Shown here in pieces: positions 17,885 through 29,155 of a stretch of DNA of 64,000 nucleotides. The notes beneath the pieces were generated by a model, which was given only the letters and a program-made list of their open reading frames with translations, made no database searches and was not told the origin of the DNA. Made by a program: the position numbers and the translations under genes. The stretch's first letter is position 1. Every line of letters starts with the position of its first letter. Source of the DNA: an uncultured bacterium (GTDB lineage Bacteria; Bacillota_I; Bacilli_A; RFN20; CAG-826). The stretch lies in assembly GCA_949285455.1 (NCBI GenBank), contig CASDXP010000004.1:5609-69608 (forward strand). Reading direction: 5' to 3'.

Positions 17885-18800
17885 ATAATCCCTCGACACT
17901 TAAATATCTTTCGCCATTATCAGGCAAGATGATACATACATTTTTATTTTTATATTTTTCTTCATTTAACTTTAAGGATGCCGCGAGTGCCGCACCGCTA
18001 GAAATGCCTACTAAAATACCTTCTTCTTTTGCAAGAATTTTACTCATTTCATAAGCTTCTTCATCTTTGATGTCCAGCACTTTATCAATTAAATTTAAGT
18101 CTAATATCGTAGGAACAAAATTTGCTCCAATTCCTTGTATTTTATGCACTCCATGTTTACCTTGATTAAGTAGGGGAGAATTAAGAGGTTCGACACCAAT
18201 TATTTCAATCTTATCGTCGATTTCTTTAAATCTTTTAGCGTTACCGATAAGTGTTCCACCTGTGCCAATGCCAGCTATAAAAACATCAAGTTTATCATTT
18301 AAATCTTTTAATATTTCAATCGATGTTGTTTCATAGTGCGCTTTAATATTACTTTCATTTGCAAATTGATTTGCTAAAAAATGATTTTCGATGTTTTTTG
18401 CTAACTTATTAGCGAGTTCGACGCTTCCTTTCATTCCTAAGGTGGCTTCACTAAGATGTAAATTTGCTCCATAAGCTTTCATCATTTGCATGCGTTCAAC
18501 GGAAGCATTGCTTGGCATAGCGATGATACATTTTAAATGAAGAGCGCTAGCGACCATCGCTAATGAAATACCCATATTGCCGCTCGTGGCTTCAATAATT
18601 GTTGTCTCTTCATCAATTAATCCTTTTTCTATTCCATCTTTAATGATGTAATAAGCCGCTCTATCTTTAACGCTACCGCTAGGATTAGATCTTTCCAGTT
18701 TTGCAAATAGATGAAAAGGTAGATTAAATTTAGTCTCGATATTTTTTAATCTAATTAAGGGTGTGTTGCCTATAGCGTCTAAGATGTTTTGATATTTCAT
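17877..18800 (-). CDS. cysK: Cysteine synthase A (O-acetylserine sulfhydrylase)
   Basis: 307 aa with the PLP-lysine motif SGSVKDR, IGNTPLIRL near the N-terminus and the GTGGT loop. Confidence 0.95.
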   Translation of the reverse strand: MKYQNILDAIGNTPLIRLKNIETKFNLPFHLFAKLERSNPSGSVKDRAAYYIIKDGIEKGLIDEETTIIEATSGNMGISLAMVASALHLKCIIAMPSNASVERMQMMKAYGANLHLSEATLGMKGSVELANKLAKNIENHFLANQFANESNIKAHYETTSIEILKDLNDKLDVFIAGIGTGGTLIGNAKRFKEIDDKIEIIGVEPLNSPLLNQGKHGVHKIQGIGANFVPTILDLNLIDKVLDIKDEEAYEMSKILAKEEGILVGISSGAALAASLKLNEEKYKNKNVCIILPDNGERYLSVEGLYE

Positions 18801-18885
18801 ACATTTGATTATATTACAAATTAATGTTAACTTTAACTTTATTAATTTCTTGATGGCGGAAAATAAAAGTATAATTTAGCATAAA

Positions 18886-18910
18886 AAAAGCCGCAAAAAT
18901 GCGGCATTTT
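18886..18910 (-). terminator. Intrinsic (bidirectional-looking) terminator between the kdpD-like gene and cysK
   Basis: GCCGCAAAAATGCGGC hairpin flanked by an A-run and a T-run. Confidence 0.8.
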
Positions 18911-18929
18911 TAGTTAAATAATAAATTTA

Positions 18930-20483
18930 TTAAGACGCAAGCGCTAAAGAGAGAACCTCTTTTATTTGGTTGAACACTAATGTGTCGGTAACGCTCATCT
19001 TTCGAGAAGTAGTTAAAAAGCCAATTGAACCTACTAAAGAAAAAGCATCATGAAGTGGAAAATAAATCGCCTTCGCATCGCTTATCGAATGCGTTTCGCT
19101 TCCAGCAATTTTATCGTTAGCCTGACACCATTTCCTCGCCTCGACGTCACGTCTTGTGTCGAATATCAAGATGTCTTCTTCAGCAAATTTAGCAATATAT
19201 TTAATACCGCCTTCATACATGATTTGTACGCTTCTTTCAAAAGCTTGAGCAAGAATTTCTGCTACTTCTTTAACGATAACTTCTTTGTAGCCGTGATGTT
19301 CAAGTGCAACTTTCGCTAATAGATTGGTAATATCTAAAACTTTATTGGTGGCTTGATAAACTTCTTTACTCTTACGCTTAAATTTTGTTTTGACGCGATC
19401 TTTCAAACTACCTTTTTCCATCTTGAAACGTTCAGAATCGGGCACGATCATAATTTCTATATTTGGTAATCTAGAAATAAATTTTTCTTCTAGACCAACT
19501 TTCAAACCAATCGTCTGCCAAGTTTTACCTAAGATGAGATTAGTGACGCCGGCGACTTTGACGTAACTTACGACAGTTTCGACGACATCATCGCTATATT
19601 TGACGATCATATCACCGCCCATATCTTTGACAAGATCCATATGTTTTTTAATGTTTCTTGCACTTTCTTCGGAAAGTTCACCTTGCGTCTCAACATACAT
19701 TCCAGAAAAGGCACAATGATATGCTTCCGCCATCCTCGCCGCCACTCTTATCGTCTTTTGAGCGGAAGGGGAAGGAGAAACTAAGACGAGAATTTTTGTC
19801 TTTAATTCACCATCGTGATTTTTCTTTTCAATACGATCCGCACCGCGGCGTAAAGCTAGTTCACGAAGTGCAGAAAGATTATCATCTTTGAAGAAATGTT
19901 CTAAGGCTAAAGTGGCTTTATTTTTGGAGAAAATTAAACCTTTCTTCATCCTTTCAATTAAATTCTTAGGTTCGATATCAATTAATAAAACCTCATCCGC
20001 ATAATCGAAGATTTCATCAGGAATTGTTTCTGAGACATCGACTGTCGTCATCTCATCGATCATATCTTGTAAGCCTTCGATGTTTTGGACGTTCGCAGTC
20101 GTATATACATCAATTCCAGCATTTAAAAGTTCGATGACATCGAGGTATCTTTTCTTATTTTTAGAACCTTTGACGTTCGTATGAGCGAGTTCATCAACGA
20201 CGATTATTTCTGGTTTTCTTTCGATAGCTTTATCGACATCAAATTCCTTAAATAATCGATCTTTATAAATGACTTCTTTTAAGGGTAATTCTTCTAAGCC
20301 TTCTTTTAATTTCATCGTCTCAGGTCGATCGTGAGGTTCGATGTATCCGATGATAATATCCTTGCCTTGAGATTTCATCTCCTGGGCTTTTTTAAGCATT
20401 GAGTAGGTTTTACCTACTCCGACGGCATAACCAAAAAATATCGTTAGTCGTCCTTTGTTATTATTACTTCGTTCACTATCCAT
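18930..20483 (-). CDS. Soluble KdpD-like sensor protein (KdpD N-terminal P-loop domain + USP domain + GAF-like C-terminus; no TM or histidine-kinase domains)
   Basis: 517 aa. FFGYAVGVGKTYSML Walker A of the KdpD N-terminal domain, then a USP-like region (KILVLVSPSPSAQKTIRVAARMA...). No H-box or HATPase motifs. Confidence 0.75.
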   Translation of the reverse strand: MDSERSNNNKGRLTIFFGYAVGVGKTYSMLKKAQEMKSQGKDIIIGYIEPHDRPETMKLKEGLEELPLKEVIYKDRLFKEFDVDKAIERKPEIIVVDELAHTNVKGSKNKKRYLDVIELLNAGIDVYTTANVQNIEGLQDMIDEMTTVDVSETIPDEIFDYADEVLLIDIEPKNLIERMKKGLIFSKNKATLALEHFFKDDNLSALRELALRRGADRIEKKNHDGELKTKILVLVSPSPSAQKTIRVAARMAEAYHCAFSGMYVETQGELSEESARNIKKHMDLVKDMGGDMIVKYSDDVVETVVSYVKVAGVTNLILGKTWQTIGLKVGLEEKFISRLPNIEIMIVPDSERFKMEKGSLKDRVKTKFKRKSKEVYQATNKVLDITNLLAKVALEHHGYKEVIVKEVAEILAQAFERSVQIMYEGGIKYIAKFAEEDILIFDTRRDVEARKWCQANDKIAGSETHSISDAKAIYFPLHDAFSLVGSIGFLTTSRKMSVTDTLVFNQIKEVLSLALAS

Positions 20484-20535
20484 ATTGTCTTTATTTTAAT
20501 ATAAAATAATAAAATTTGGTATAGGTGAATATTAA

Positions 20536-21129
20536 TTAATCGAAATATTTGATACTTAATGAGATGAGTTTTTTGATGTTAGCGCTTAATTCACTAACGT
20601 TATCTTGGAAGTTGTTGCGTACCCAACGCTTGATGATAGATAAACATCCACCTGCGACGTAAGTATAAAAAATTTCAAAATCTTTTTGATCCTTGTTATT
20701 GAATAACTTCGGATATAAACCGAGAACGATTTGTCGACCGAATTCAAGAATAGTAGTGACAAATTCTTTATCGTGAGAATTCACGAGCATCGCGCTTACG
20801 ACATCTTTATTATCGTAGAGAACTTTCAAGATAGCATGGACGAGATTATCATTAGATAAATCGTGATGTTCTTCTAACAAGAAAGGCATGAAAGAATTTT
20901 TAATTTCATCGTAGAAAGATTGTTTAATTTTTTCATTTAAATCTTCGATGTTTTGATAATGTAAATAGAAGGTCACGCGTGAGATACCGGCATGTTCACA
21001 AAGTTCAGAAACGGTAATGTCGTTCATCGGCTTAGCGTTCAATAAAGCAAGATAGGCTTGTCTAATAAGAAGCTTTGTTACTCTTGTTCTTTGATCTTCT
21101 TTTCTAATCTTTTTAGTTGTGTTGTCCAT
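20536..21129 (-). CDS. TetR/AcrR family transcriptional regulator
   Basis: 197 aa with an N-terminal HTH: ITVSELCEHAGISRVTFYLHYQNIEDL. Confidence 0.85.
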   Translation of the reverse strand: MDNTTKKIRKEDQRTRVTKLLIRQAYLALLNAKPMNDITVSELCEHAGISRVTFYLHYQNIEDLNEKIKQSFYDEIKNSFMPFLLEEHHDLSNDNLVHAILKVLYDNKDVVSAMLVNSHDKEFVTTILEFGRQIVLGLYPKLFNNKDQKDFEIFYTYVAGGCLSIIKRWVRNNFQDNVSELSANIKKLISLSIKYFD

Positions 21130-21296
21130 ATGTTGATAACTCCTTTCGATGTGATTTTTTTATGCAAAACAAATTACATAAGAGTATTGGTATTATACAC
21201 CTATACTTTACATTGTGTATATTTATTTTTATTTTATGTTTAATTTTTTTGAACATTGTATATGTTTTATGAAAAGTTTTTACCTTAATTATTGAA

Positions 21297-21326
21297 TTGA
21301 CATATCTATGCGAGGGGGGGTATGAT
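21297..21326 (+). promoter_or_regulatory. Sigma-70-type promoter with a G7 homopolymer in the spacer
   Basis: TTGACA (21297-21302), an 18-nt spacer ending in GGGGGGG (21314-21320), then TATGAT (21321-21326). This sits 25 nt upstream of the GGAGG RBS and GTG start of the 21352 ORF. Confidence 0.6.
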
Positions 21327-21351
21327 TTTTAGCGAAAGGAGGTAAACGTTC

Positions 21352-21855
21352 GTGAATAAAAGATATCTTTATTGTGGGATTATTGCTGGAACATCTTTAT
21401 TTTTAATATTGATGTTATTGAGTGCTGCTGCATTTGCTTCTTATGGTGGCGTCAGCATGGGTGTTTCATTCTTCACTCTATTCCAAGCCGTTGGTGAAAT
21501 TAGTTATATTGCTTCTCAACCCGCAGTTGGCATGGAAGGATTAACTGGCTTATTTTCTATCATCTTCTTAGTTGGTATGATTCTTTACATCGTTTTAAGT
21601 GTCGTAGCAATGTTTGTGAAAAATGCTTATCTAGATAAGATAATTAGAAGATCACCAATTGATTTAAGTTTATGTTCTATCTTACTTGGTATCATCGCTA
21701 TTATTTATGCTGCTTTAAACGGTAGTGCTCTAGGCGAAAGCGCGGAAGGAGTAGTCATGTTCTCATTAGGTGGTATTTTCTATCTTATTATCGGCGTGGC
21801 AATTCTTGTTTTATATCTTGTTTTCAAAGGCAAAATTAAAGAAGCATTAGAATAA
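21352..21855 (+). CDS. Small integral membrane protein, unknown function
   Basis: 167 aa with 4-5 TM helices and a GTG start 8 nt after AAGGAGG. Confidence 0.6.
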   Translation: MNKRYLYCGIIAGTSLFLILMLLSAAAFASYGGVSMGVSFFTLFQAVGEISYIASQPAVGMEGLTGLFSIIFLVGMILYIVLSVVAMFVKNAYLDKIIRRSPIDLSLCSILLGIIAIIYAALNGSALGESAEGVVMFSLGGIFYLIIGVAILVLYLVFKGKIKEALE

Positions 21856-21884
21856 TTTAAATATTTAATCCAAGAAGTTTTAAA

Positions 21885-21908
21885 GTCACCAGCGATGGTG
21901 GCTTTTTT
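21885..21908 (+). terminator. Intrinsic terminator
   Basis: GTCACCA-gcga-TGGTGGC stem followed by TTTTTT. Confidence 0.7.
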
Positions 21909-21969
21909 GCTAAAAAATAAATTAAAAAAATATAACTTAAATAAATTTAAGATGATAGAATTATAAGGT

Positions 21970-24147
21970 ATGAAAAAGATTATATTAATTTTACCAATTT
22001 TTTTGACATCACTCGCCTCTTGTGGCGAACCACATATTCCTCCAACACCTGAATTGTTCGAAGTAACATTTTTAAATTACGATGAAACAGTTCTATTTGT
22101 CGACTCTGTCGAAAAAGGCGGAAGCGCTATTTATGAAGGGCCTACTCCCACTAGACCTGATGATAGTGAATACACTTACACTTTTAGTGGTTGGGATCAT
22201 GAACTCACAAATGTACAAGAAGATTTTACTACCTTAGCAACTTACACTAGAAGCGCTATCGGAGGTGGGGGTGAAGATGTCCCACCTACTCCACCTGAAC
22301 CAAGTGAATTAAGTGTGCAAGAAGGCACAATTTTACACGCTTGGAATTGGTCGATGGACACGATAAAAAATAATTTAGATGCGATAAAAGAAGCGGGATT
22401 TACTACCATCCAAACTTCGCCTATGCAACCACAAAAAGATTTTAGTCCTAACGAACATTATTCTTCTTGGTGGAAACTTTATCAACCTCTCGGTTTAAGT
22501 GTGGCGACGAAAAATCATTCTTTAGGAACGAAAAGTGATCTAAAGGAATTGTGTGACGCTGCTGAAGATAAAGGTTTAAAAATTATCGTCGATGTGGTTA
22601 GTAATCACTTAGGAGGTGGTGGTTCTGAATCATTCAATCCTAATGTAAGAGAATATGAACCAGTTATCTATGATAATAATTTATTACATCGTGGAGTGGG
22701 ATTTGTTAACGATAATAATGTCCGTCAAGTGACGAAAGGCTACATGGGTGGTTATCCTGATTTGATGACGGAAGATAAAAGAGTGCAAGAAAGATCATTA
22801 TCCTTATTAAAAGAATATATAGATGTTGGTGTCTCTGGTTTTAGATTCGATGCGACGAAACATATCGAAACGCCAGATGACGGAAACGAGGCAAGCGATT
22901 TCTGGCCGACTGTTTTAGATGGGGCAAGTGAATACGCTATAAGTTTAGGAAAAGAAGAACCATATTACTATGGTGAAATATTGAACACTCCAGGGAACGG
23001 AAGATCTTGGGAAAGTTATACAAAAATGATGTCAATTACTGATAACAGTAATGGGGCGGGAATTATGTACGCCGCTATTAATAGGAACGCTAGTGAAGTA
23101 GCGAACAATCTTTATTATAGAGCAGGTAATGATGCGAGCAAATTAGTGCTTTGGGCAGAAAGCCATGATACTTTTGCTAATAGTGGAGGTATCTCTGAAA
23201 AAGTCGATCAAGATTCGATCAATCTAGCGTATGCTATTCAAGCTTCTAGAGTCGACGCTACTTCGTTATATTTTGTTAGGCCAACGAGCAATATGATATT
23301 AGGTCAATATTCTTCTGATAGTTGGAAATCTGACATCGTTAAATATTCTAATATTTATCATAATTCTTTCGTCGGAGTTGATGAATATTTATATCATGAT
23401 TCTAATGCTTATGTGAATGTGCGTGATGATGGAACAACTTCAGGGGCGATGATCGTCGCTTTAGGTAATAAAAATATTTCTAATTTCGATACGGAAGGTC
23501 ATCTGGATGATGGAAGTTATGTCGATCCGTTAAGTGGAAATACTTTTAGTGTAAACGGTGGTAAAATAAGCGGAAATGTCTCTTCAGTGGGAGTGGCTAT
23601 TTTAATGAAAAGTAAGCCTTCCACTGATTTAAGTTTAAGTTACGATGTTCCTGAATATTTTATCGATTCTACTCCAATTAGCCTTAAAGTTACGAACGCC
23701 ACTTCAGCTAGTTATCAAATTAATGATGGTAATTGGACTAATTTTAATGATTCAATAACCTTTACTATAATTAGTTCTCTTCCTTATGGAAGGAATGCTA
23801 TAAATGTTAGATATTCTAATGAAGACGAAACAAAGGAAGAAGAAATTGTTATTTATCGTTTAGAAAATAAAGATGATACGATACAAATTTATAATTCAGA
23901 AGCGTTAAGTAACGAAAATATTTACGCTTGGATTTGGGCGGATGGTAGTCAAGGTGAATGGGCTAAAACAACTTATCAAAATGGTGTTTTAAGTTTCACT
24001 ATTAAAAGTGATACGACGCAAATGCTACTTGTAAGATTTAATGATGGGGTGAATAATCCATCATGGGGTCAAGAACTGGGGCAGACTAATGACTACATAT
24101 TAAATAATCAACTTATCGTCGATTATGATGATTTAAGTTGGAAATGA
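21970..24147 (+). CDS. Secreted lipoprotein alpha-amylase (GH13) with N-terminal Listeria/Bacteroides-type repeat and C-terminal accessory domains
   Basis: Lipobox LTSLASC, and a repeat of the type YTYTFSGWD. GH13 regions DVVSNH, GFRFDATKH, GEIL and WAESHD are present. Confidence 0.9.
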   Translation: MKKIILILPIFLTSLASCGEPHIPPTPELFEVTFLNYDETVLFVDSVEKGGSAIYEGPTPTRPDDSEYTYTFSGWDHELTNVQEDFTTLATYTRSAIGGGGEDVPPTPPEPSELSVQEGTILHAWNWSMDTIKNNLDAIKEAGFTTIQTSPMQPQKDFSPNEHYSSWWKLYQPLGLSVATKNHSLGTKSDLKELCDAAEDKGLKIIVDVVSNHLGGGGSESFNPNVREYEPVIYDNNLLHRGVGFVNDNNVRQVTKGYMGGYPDLMTEDKRVQERSLSLLKEYIDVGVSGFRFDATKHIETPDDGNEASDFWPTVLDGASEYAISLGKEEPYYYGEILNTPGNGRSWESYTKMMSITDNSNGAGIMYAAINRNASEVANNLYYRAGNDASKLVLWAESHDTFANSGGISEKVDQDSINLAYAIQASRVDATSLYFVRPTSNMILGQYSSDSWKSDIVKYSNIYHNSFVGVDEYLYHDSNAYVNVRDDGTTSGAMIVALGNKNISNFDTEGHLDDGSYVDPLSGNTFSVNGGKISGNVSSVGVAILMKSKPSTDLSLSYDVPEYFIDSTPISLKVTNATSASYQINDGNWTNFNDSITFTIISSLPYGRNAINVRYSNEDETKEEEIVIYRLENKDDTIQIYNSEALSNENIYAWIWADGSQGEWAKTTYQNGVLSFTIKSDTTQMLLVRFNDGVNNPSWGQELGQTNDYILNNQLIVDYDDLSWK

Positions 24148-24163
24148 TAGGAAGGAAATTTGA

Positions 24164-24673
24164 ATGTCTAAAATTTTAATTGTTTATTTTTCTAAGGATG
24201 GCGAAAATTTAATGAACGATACCATCCAAAATATTAAAGAAGGAAACACGCAAAAATTTGCGAAAAAAATCGCTAGTTTTACTGGCGGTGAACTTCTCAA
24301 ATTAGAGCCAGTTAATCCTTATCCACAAAGTTATGAAGAAACCAACATTAGAGCAAGAGATGAATATGAATCTAATGCAAGGCCAGCTTTTGTTAAAACT
24401 TTAGAAAATCTTGATGCTTACGATACGATTTATCTCGGCTTTCCTATTTGGTATCGTACTTTTCCAAGAATTATCAAAACATTTATTGAAACTTATGATT
24501 TATCTAATAAGATAATTAAACCTTTCTGTACGAACGAAGAAGGAGATTTTGGTATTGGAGAGTTAGAACTCCGTTCTTGCTTAAAAAATTCTAATTTAAA
24601 ATCCGGTCTATCCATTAGAGGATATCTTGTCGATTCAAACGATGATTTAATTAAGAAGTGGATTGAAAAATAA
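24164..24673 (+). CDS. Flavodoxin-like protein
   Basis: 169 aa with the KILIVYFSKDGEN N-terminus and size typical of flavodoxin-family proteins. Confidence 0.7.
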   Translation: MSKILIVYFSKDGENLMNDTIQNIKEGNTQKFAKKIASFTGGELLKLEPVNPYPQSYEETNIRARDEYESNARPAFVKTLENLDAYDTIYLGFPIWYRTFPRIIKTFIETYDLSNKIIKPFCTNEEGDFGIGELELRSCLKNSNLKSGLSIRGYLVDSNDDLIKKWIEK

Positions 24674-24750
24674 TTTTTAACAATTAATTTTTAGCAAGTA
24701 TTATCTATTCAAAAATTTATTTTTGTTCTATAATTTTTAATTGGATATAA

Positions 24751-26070
<1,320 letters not shown>

Positions 26071-26092
26071 GTAATTTTAAAATTATTTACTG

Positions 26093-27873
26093 AAGGGGCT
26101 GTTCGAAAACCTAGATGGTGAGTAGAGCCCTTTTTATTTTGGTTTGTTATAGTAATTATCCAACATTGCCTTATTGATTTTACTGCCCTTCTTAACAAGA
26201 CGTTTTCTGTTTGGTTTTTTAAATATTTCTGGTTCAAGGTTATCTGGTGCCCTCCAAAATGAATTCAATTTTCCTGTTTCAAAATAGCGAAATACTTTAG
26301 CAATATTTAGACCTAGTGAATTAAGCATTATTTCAGTGGATACTTTTTCAATACCCCTTCGTCTAGTTCTTACATAACCATAATTTTGTTTAGTTATTCC
26401 AAACACTTCCTTCTACCTGTATAGAACGATTAACTCTAATTTCTATTCCTTTAGGGGAACATAGATTATCTTGAGCTTGATATTTATATCTTTCTAAATC
26501 TTTGACTACCTCAAATATTTTAAAATCTTCATTTTGTAATCTCATATATTTCTTACAAAATGGCATCCATAAACAAGAATTGCATCCAGTGATACGATAA
26601 AATACTGCTTCTTTCTTTCTAGGATGTCGATTTTCTAATTTAACTTCATGACCAATAAAACCATTTAAACAAGTAATCGTATCATCGTCATTTAAATGAT
26701 AACAATCCGGATTTCTTCCTGATTTATTTCCTTCCCATGATTGATGTTTAACATAGTTTTCAATACCTCTTTTATAAAGATAACGATAATTATCTAATGA
26801 ACCATATCCTGCATCAGTGCATATTCGTTTAGGAAAATAACTATATAATCTAGCAAATTTATCAAGAACATCAATAAAATCGTTAATGTCGGTTCTAGAT
26901 TGGGACACATGATAAGAAAATATTACTAATAGTTGGACATTATAAGCGGCATGCATATTGCTTCCTAATCCAGAATAATAATCAGCTTTTAATGCCATTG
27001 CAGTAGCATCATGATCAGTTTTATAAAAAGACTTTCTATTTGGCCCACATATTTTTTCTTTTTCTTCATATTCCATCACTTTATCTAAAAAGGCAGATAG
27101 TATTTTATTAAGTTTATAAAAAGTAATTGTATCGTATTCCTTTTCCTTTTCCTTTAGATGACTAATTGCGTAAGCAACTGTAGAACTTTTAATCATTATC
27201 TCATCGTTATAATTAGGAATTAAATTATGTTCTTTTATGATACTTCCTATTTTAATTGATAGATTTTTGTGATGCTTAATAGGTTTCCAAACAAATTTAT
27301 ATTTGTTTGCGTTTGCTTCATATTTTGTACCATCAATAAATGCATCTTCAAATTCTATGTTGGTGACCTTTTGAATTTCTAAATTAATTAAAGAGAAGAT
27401 TTCTTCTTCGTTAGGAACAATAACTTTATTTATGAAATCACAAAACTTAGTATATCTAGGAGTTTCTTGTTCCATTAAATATATGTATCTAAGATCATAT
27501 TTACACGCATCTTCAAGTTCTCTTAACGTATATCGATCAAAACTAAAGCCATAAAGGATGGTTGCAAAAAGTCGATAATAACTATATCCAGGTCTGCCTC
27601 CAGAAGAAGTGTTGTTTTTAATGTATCTATTAATAATTTCTCCAACTCCAGAATCGTTTAAAAGAGTGAGAAATTTGTCTATTTTTTCTCTTTCCTTAAC
27701 CTCAAGCTCTAAGGAAGGAACCAAAAACATTTTTCCTGTGTTAAAATAAGACATAACAATACCTCACTAGACAAGAGATATTGTAGCAAAAGAGATGATT
27801 TCTTACGATTTCATCTCTTTTACATAATAAAAAGGAGCTATCATTCACCTTTTAGGTTTTCGAACAGCCCCTT
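26093..27873 (-). mobile_element. IS1182-family insertion sequence (~1.78 kb) with imperfect ~30-bp terminal inverted repeats
   Basis: The left end AAGGGGCTGTTCGAAAACCTAGATGGTGAGT matches the reverse complement of the right end AAGGGGCTGTTCGAAAACCTAAAAGGTGAAT. The element encloses a DDE transposase. Confidence 0.85.
26134..27754 (-). pseudogene. IS1182-family DDE transposase split by a +1 frameshift near 26395-26410
   Basis: ORF 27754-26390 ends ...IQVEGSVWNN*. The +1 frame continues (V)FGITKQNYGYVRTRRRGIEKV..., the conserved C-terminus of this family. Removing one nt in AGTGTTTGG would give ...VEGSFGITKQN. Confidence 0.75.
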
Positions 27874-27983
27874 TTTTAACATTTAGTCTCAAATTTGTCT
27901 AATTTGCGGAAAAATTTGTATTTTCTTATTGCAAACTTTCTTTAAGAATGCTATTAAATAGTTGAAGGGTATAAACTAATTTT

Positions 27984-28430
27984 ATGAGCCACATATATGA
28001 AACACCAATTGATCCATTCTTCATTTCCTGTTTAGGATTATTAAAACTACCTGGAATTGAAACTCTAACTACTTTCTTAGATGGGGAAAACGCTATCTTA
28101 AGAAGTATCTATTTATCAGGCGGGATTTCTTCTCCACTTGCCCTAAGTAATGATTTACATGTTTCGAAAGGACGAGTAGCGCAGCTTATTAAATCTTTGA
28201 CGAAAAAGAAATTTATCAAAACGAAAATTAATCGTCTCGATCGAAGAAAAGTGGAAGTGAGAATGACCCCGCTTGGTGAAACTTACCTTGGAGAAAAATT
28301 GGAAGCTGCTCAAGCCTTCATCGATGAAGCAAGACATAAATTAGGCGAAGATTTATTTTCTAGCATCATCAAAATTATTGAGATGACTAAGTCTAGTTTA
28401 GGAGGTAATGATGATGGAAAATCTGAATAG
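27984..28430 (+). CDS. MarR family transcriptional regulator
   Basis: 148 aa. Winged-HTH LSNDLHVSKGRVAQLIKSLTKKKFIKTKINRLDRRKVEVRMTPLGE. Confidence 0.8.
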   Translation: MSHIYETPIDPFFISCLGLLKLPGIETLTTFLDGENAILRSIYLSGGISSPLALSNDLHVSKGRVAQLIKSLTKKKFIKTKINRLDRRKVEVRMTPLGETYLGEKLEAAQAFIDEARHKLGEDLFSSIIKIIEMTKSSLGGNDDGKSE

Positions 28431-29133
28431 AATAGTAATGATAAAATTTGATGACGTCTGTAAGGAATTTCACGTCGGTGATACGATCGTCAAGGCTAAT
28501 GATCATATGTCCTTTGAAGTTTTAGAAGGGGAATTTGTCGTCGTCGTCGGTCCATCTGGTGCTGGTAAAACTACGGTTTTAAACATTTTAGGTGGAATGG
28601 ATACGGCCACGAGCGGCCACGTTTATATCGATGGTGAAGATATTACTAAATTTGATGAAAAGGCTCTTACGAATTATCGACGTTACGATGTCGGTTTCGT
28701 CTTCCAATTTTATAATCTCATGCCTCATCTTACCGCTAGAGAAAATGTCGAACTCGCTAACGAGATTGTCAAAGATCCACTAGACACAGATGAAGTATTA
28801 AAAAGTGTCGGCTTAGAAAATAGAAAAAATAATTTTCCGTCCCAGCTTAGCGGTGGTGAGCAACAAAGAGTTTCAATCGCAAGAGCGATTGCTAAAAATC
28901 CTAAAATTTTACTTTGTGATGAACCGACTGGGGCATTAGATTTTGAAACTGGTAAACAAATTCTTCAACTTCTATATGATGTTTCAAGAAATATGAATAA
29001 GACGGTCGTCATCGTCACCCATAACCAAGCTTTTACTAAAATTGCTGATAAAGTCGTCAAAGTTCGTAATGGTCAAATTATGGATGTGACAATTAATGAA
29101 CATCCAAAAGATATTTCTACTATTTCTTATTAA
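28408..29133 (+). CDS. ABC transporter ATP-binding protein (MacB/LolD-type)
   Basis: Walker A GPSGAGKTT, signature LSGGEQQR and Walker B ILLCDEPTGALD. The start could be any of three ATGs at 28408-28416. Confidence 0.9.
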   Translation: MMMENLNRIVMIKFDDVCKEFHVGDTIVKANDHMSFEVLEGEFVVVVGPSGAGKTTVLNILGGMDTATSGHVYIDGEDITKFDEKALTNYRRYDVGFVFQFYNLMPHLTARENVELANEIVKDPLDTDEVLKSVGLENRKNNFPSQLSGGEQQRVSIARAIAKNPKILLCDEPTGALDFETGKQILQLLYDVSRNMNKTVVIVTHNQAFTKIADKVVKVRNGQIMDVTINEHPKDISTISY

Positions 29134-29155
29134 TATTATCGAAGGTTAATAAACT

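Noticed and set aside
21194-21265. Short inverted repeats (TATACAC-N14-GTGTATA and AACAT-N5-ATGTT) in the tetR / membrane-protein intergenic region as TetR operators
   Set aside because: They are plausible, but the arms are only 5-7 bp in very AT-rich DNA. They cannot be distinguished from chance without comparative data.
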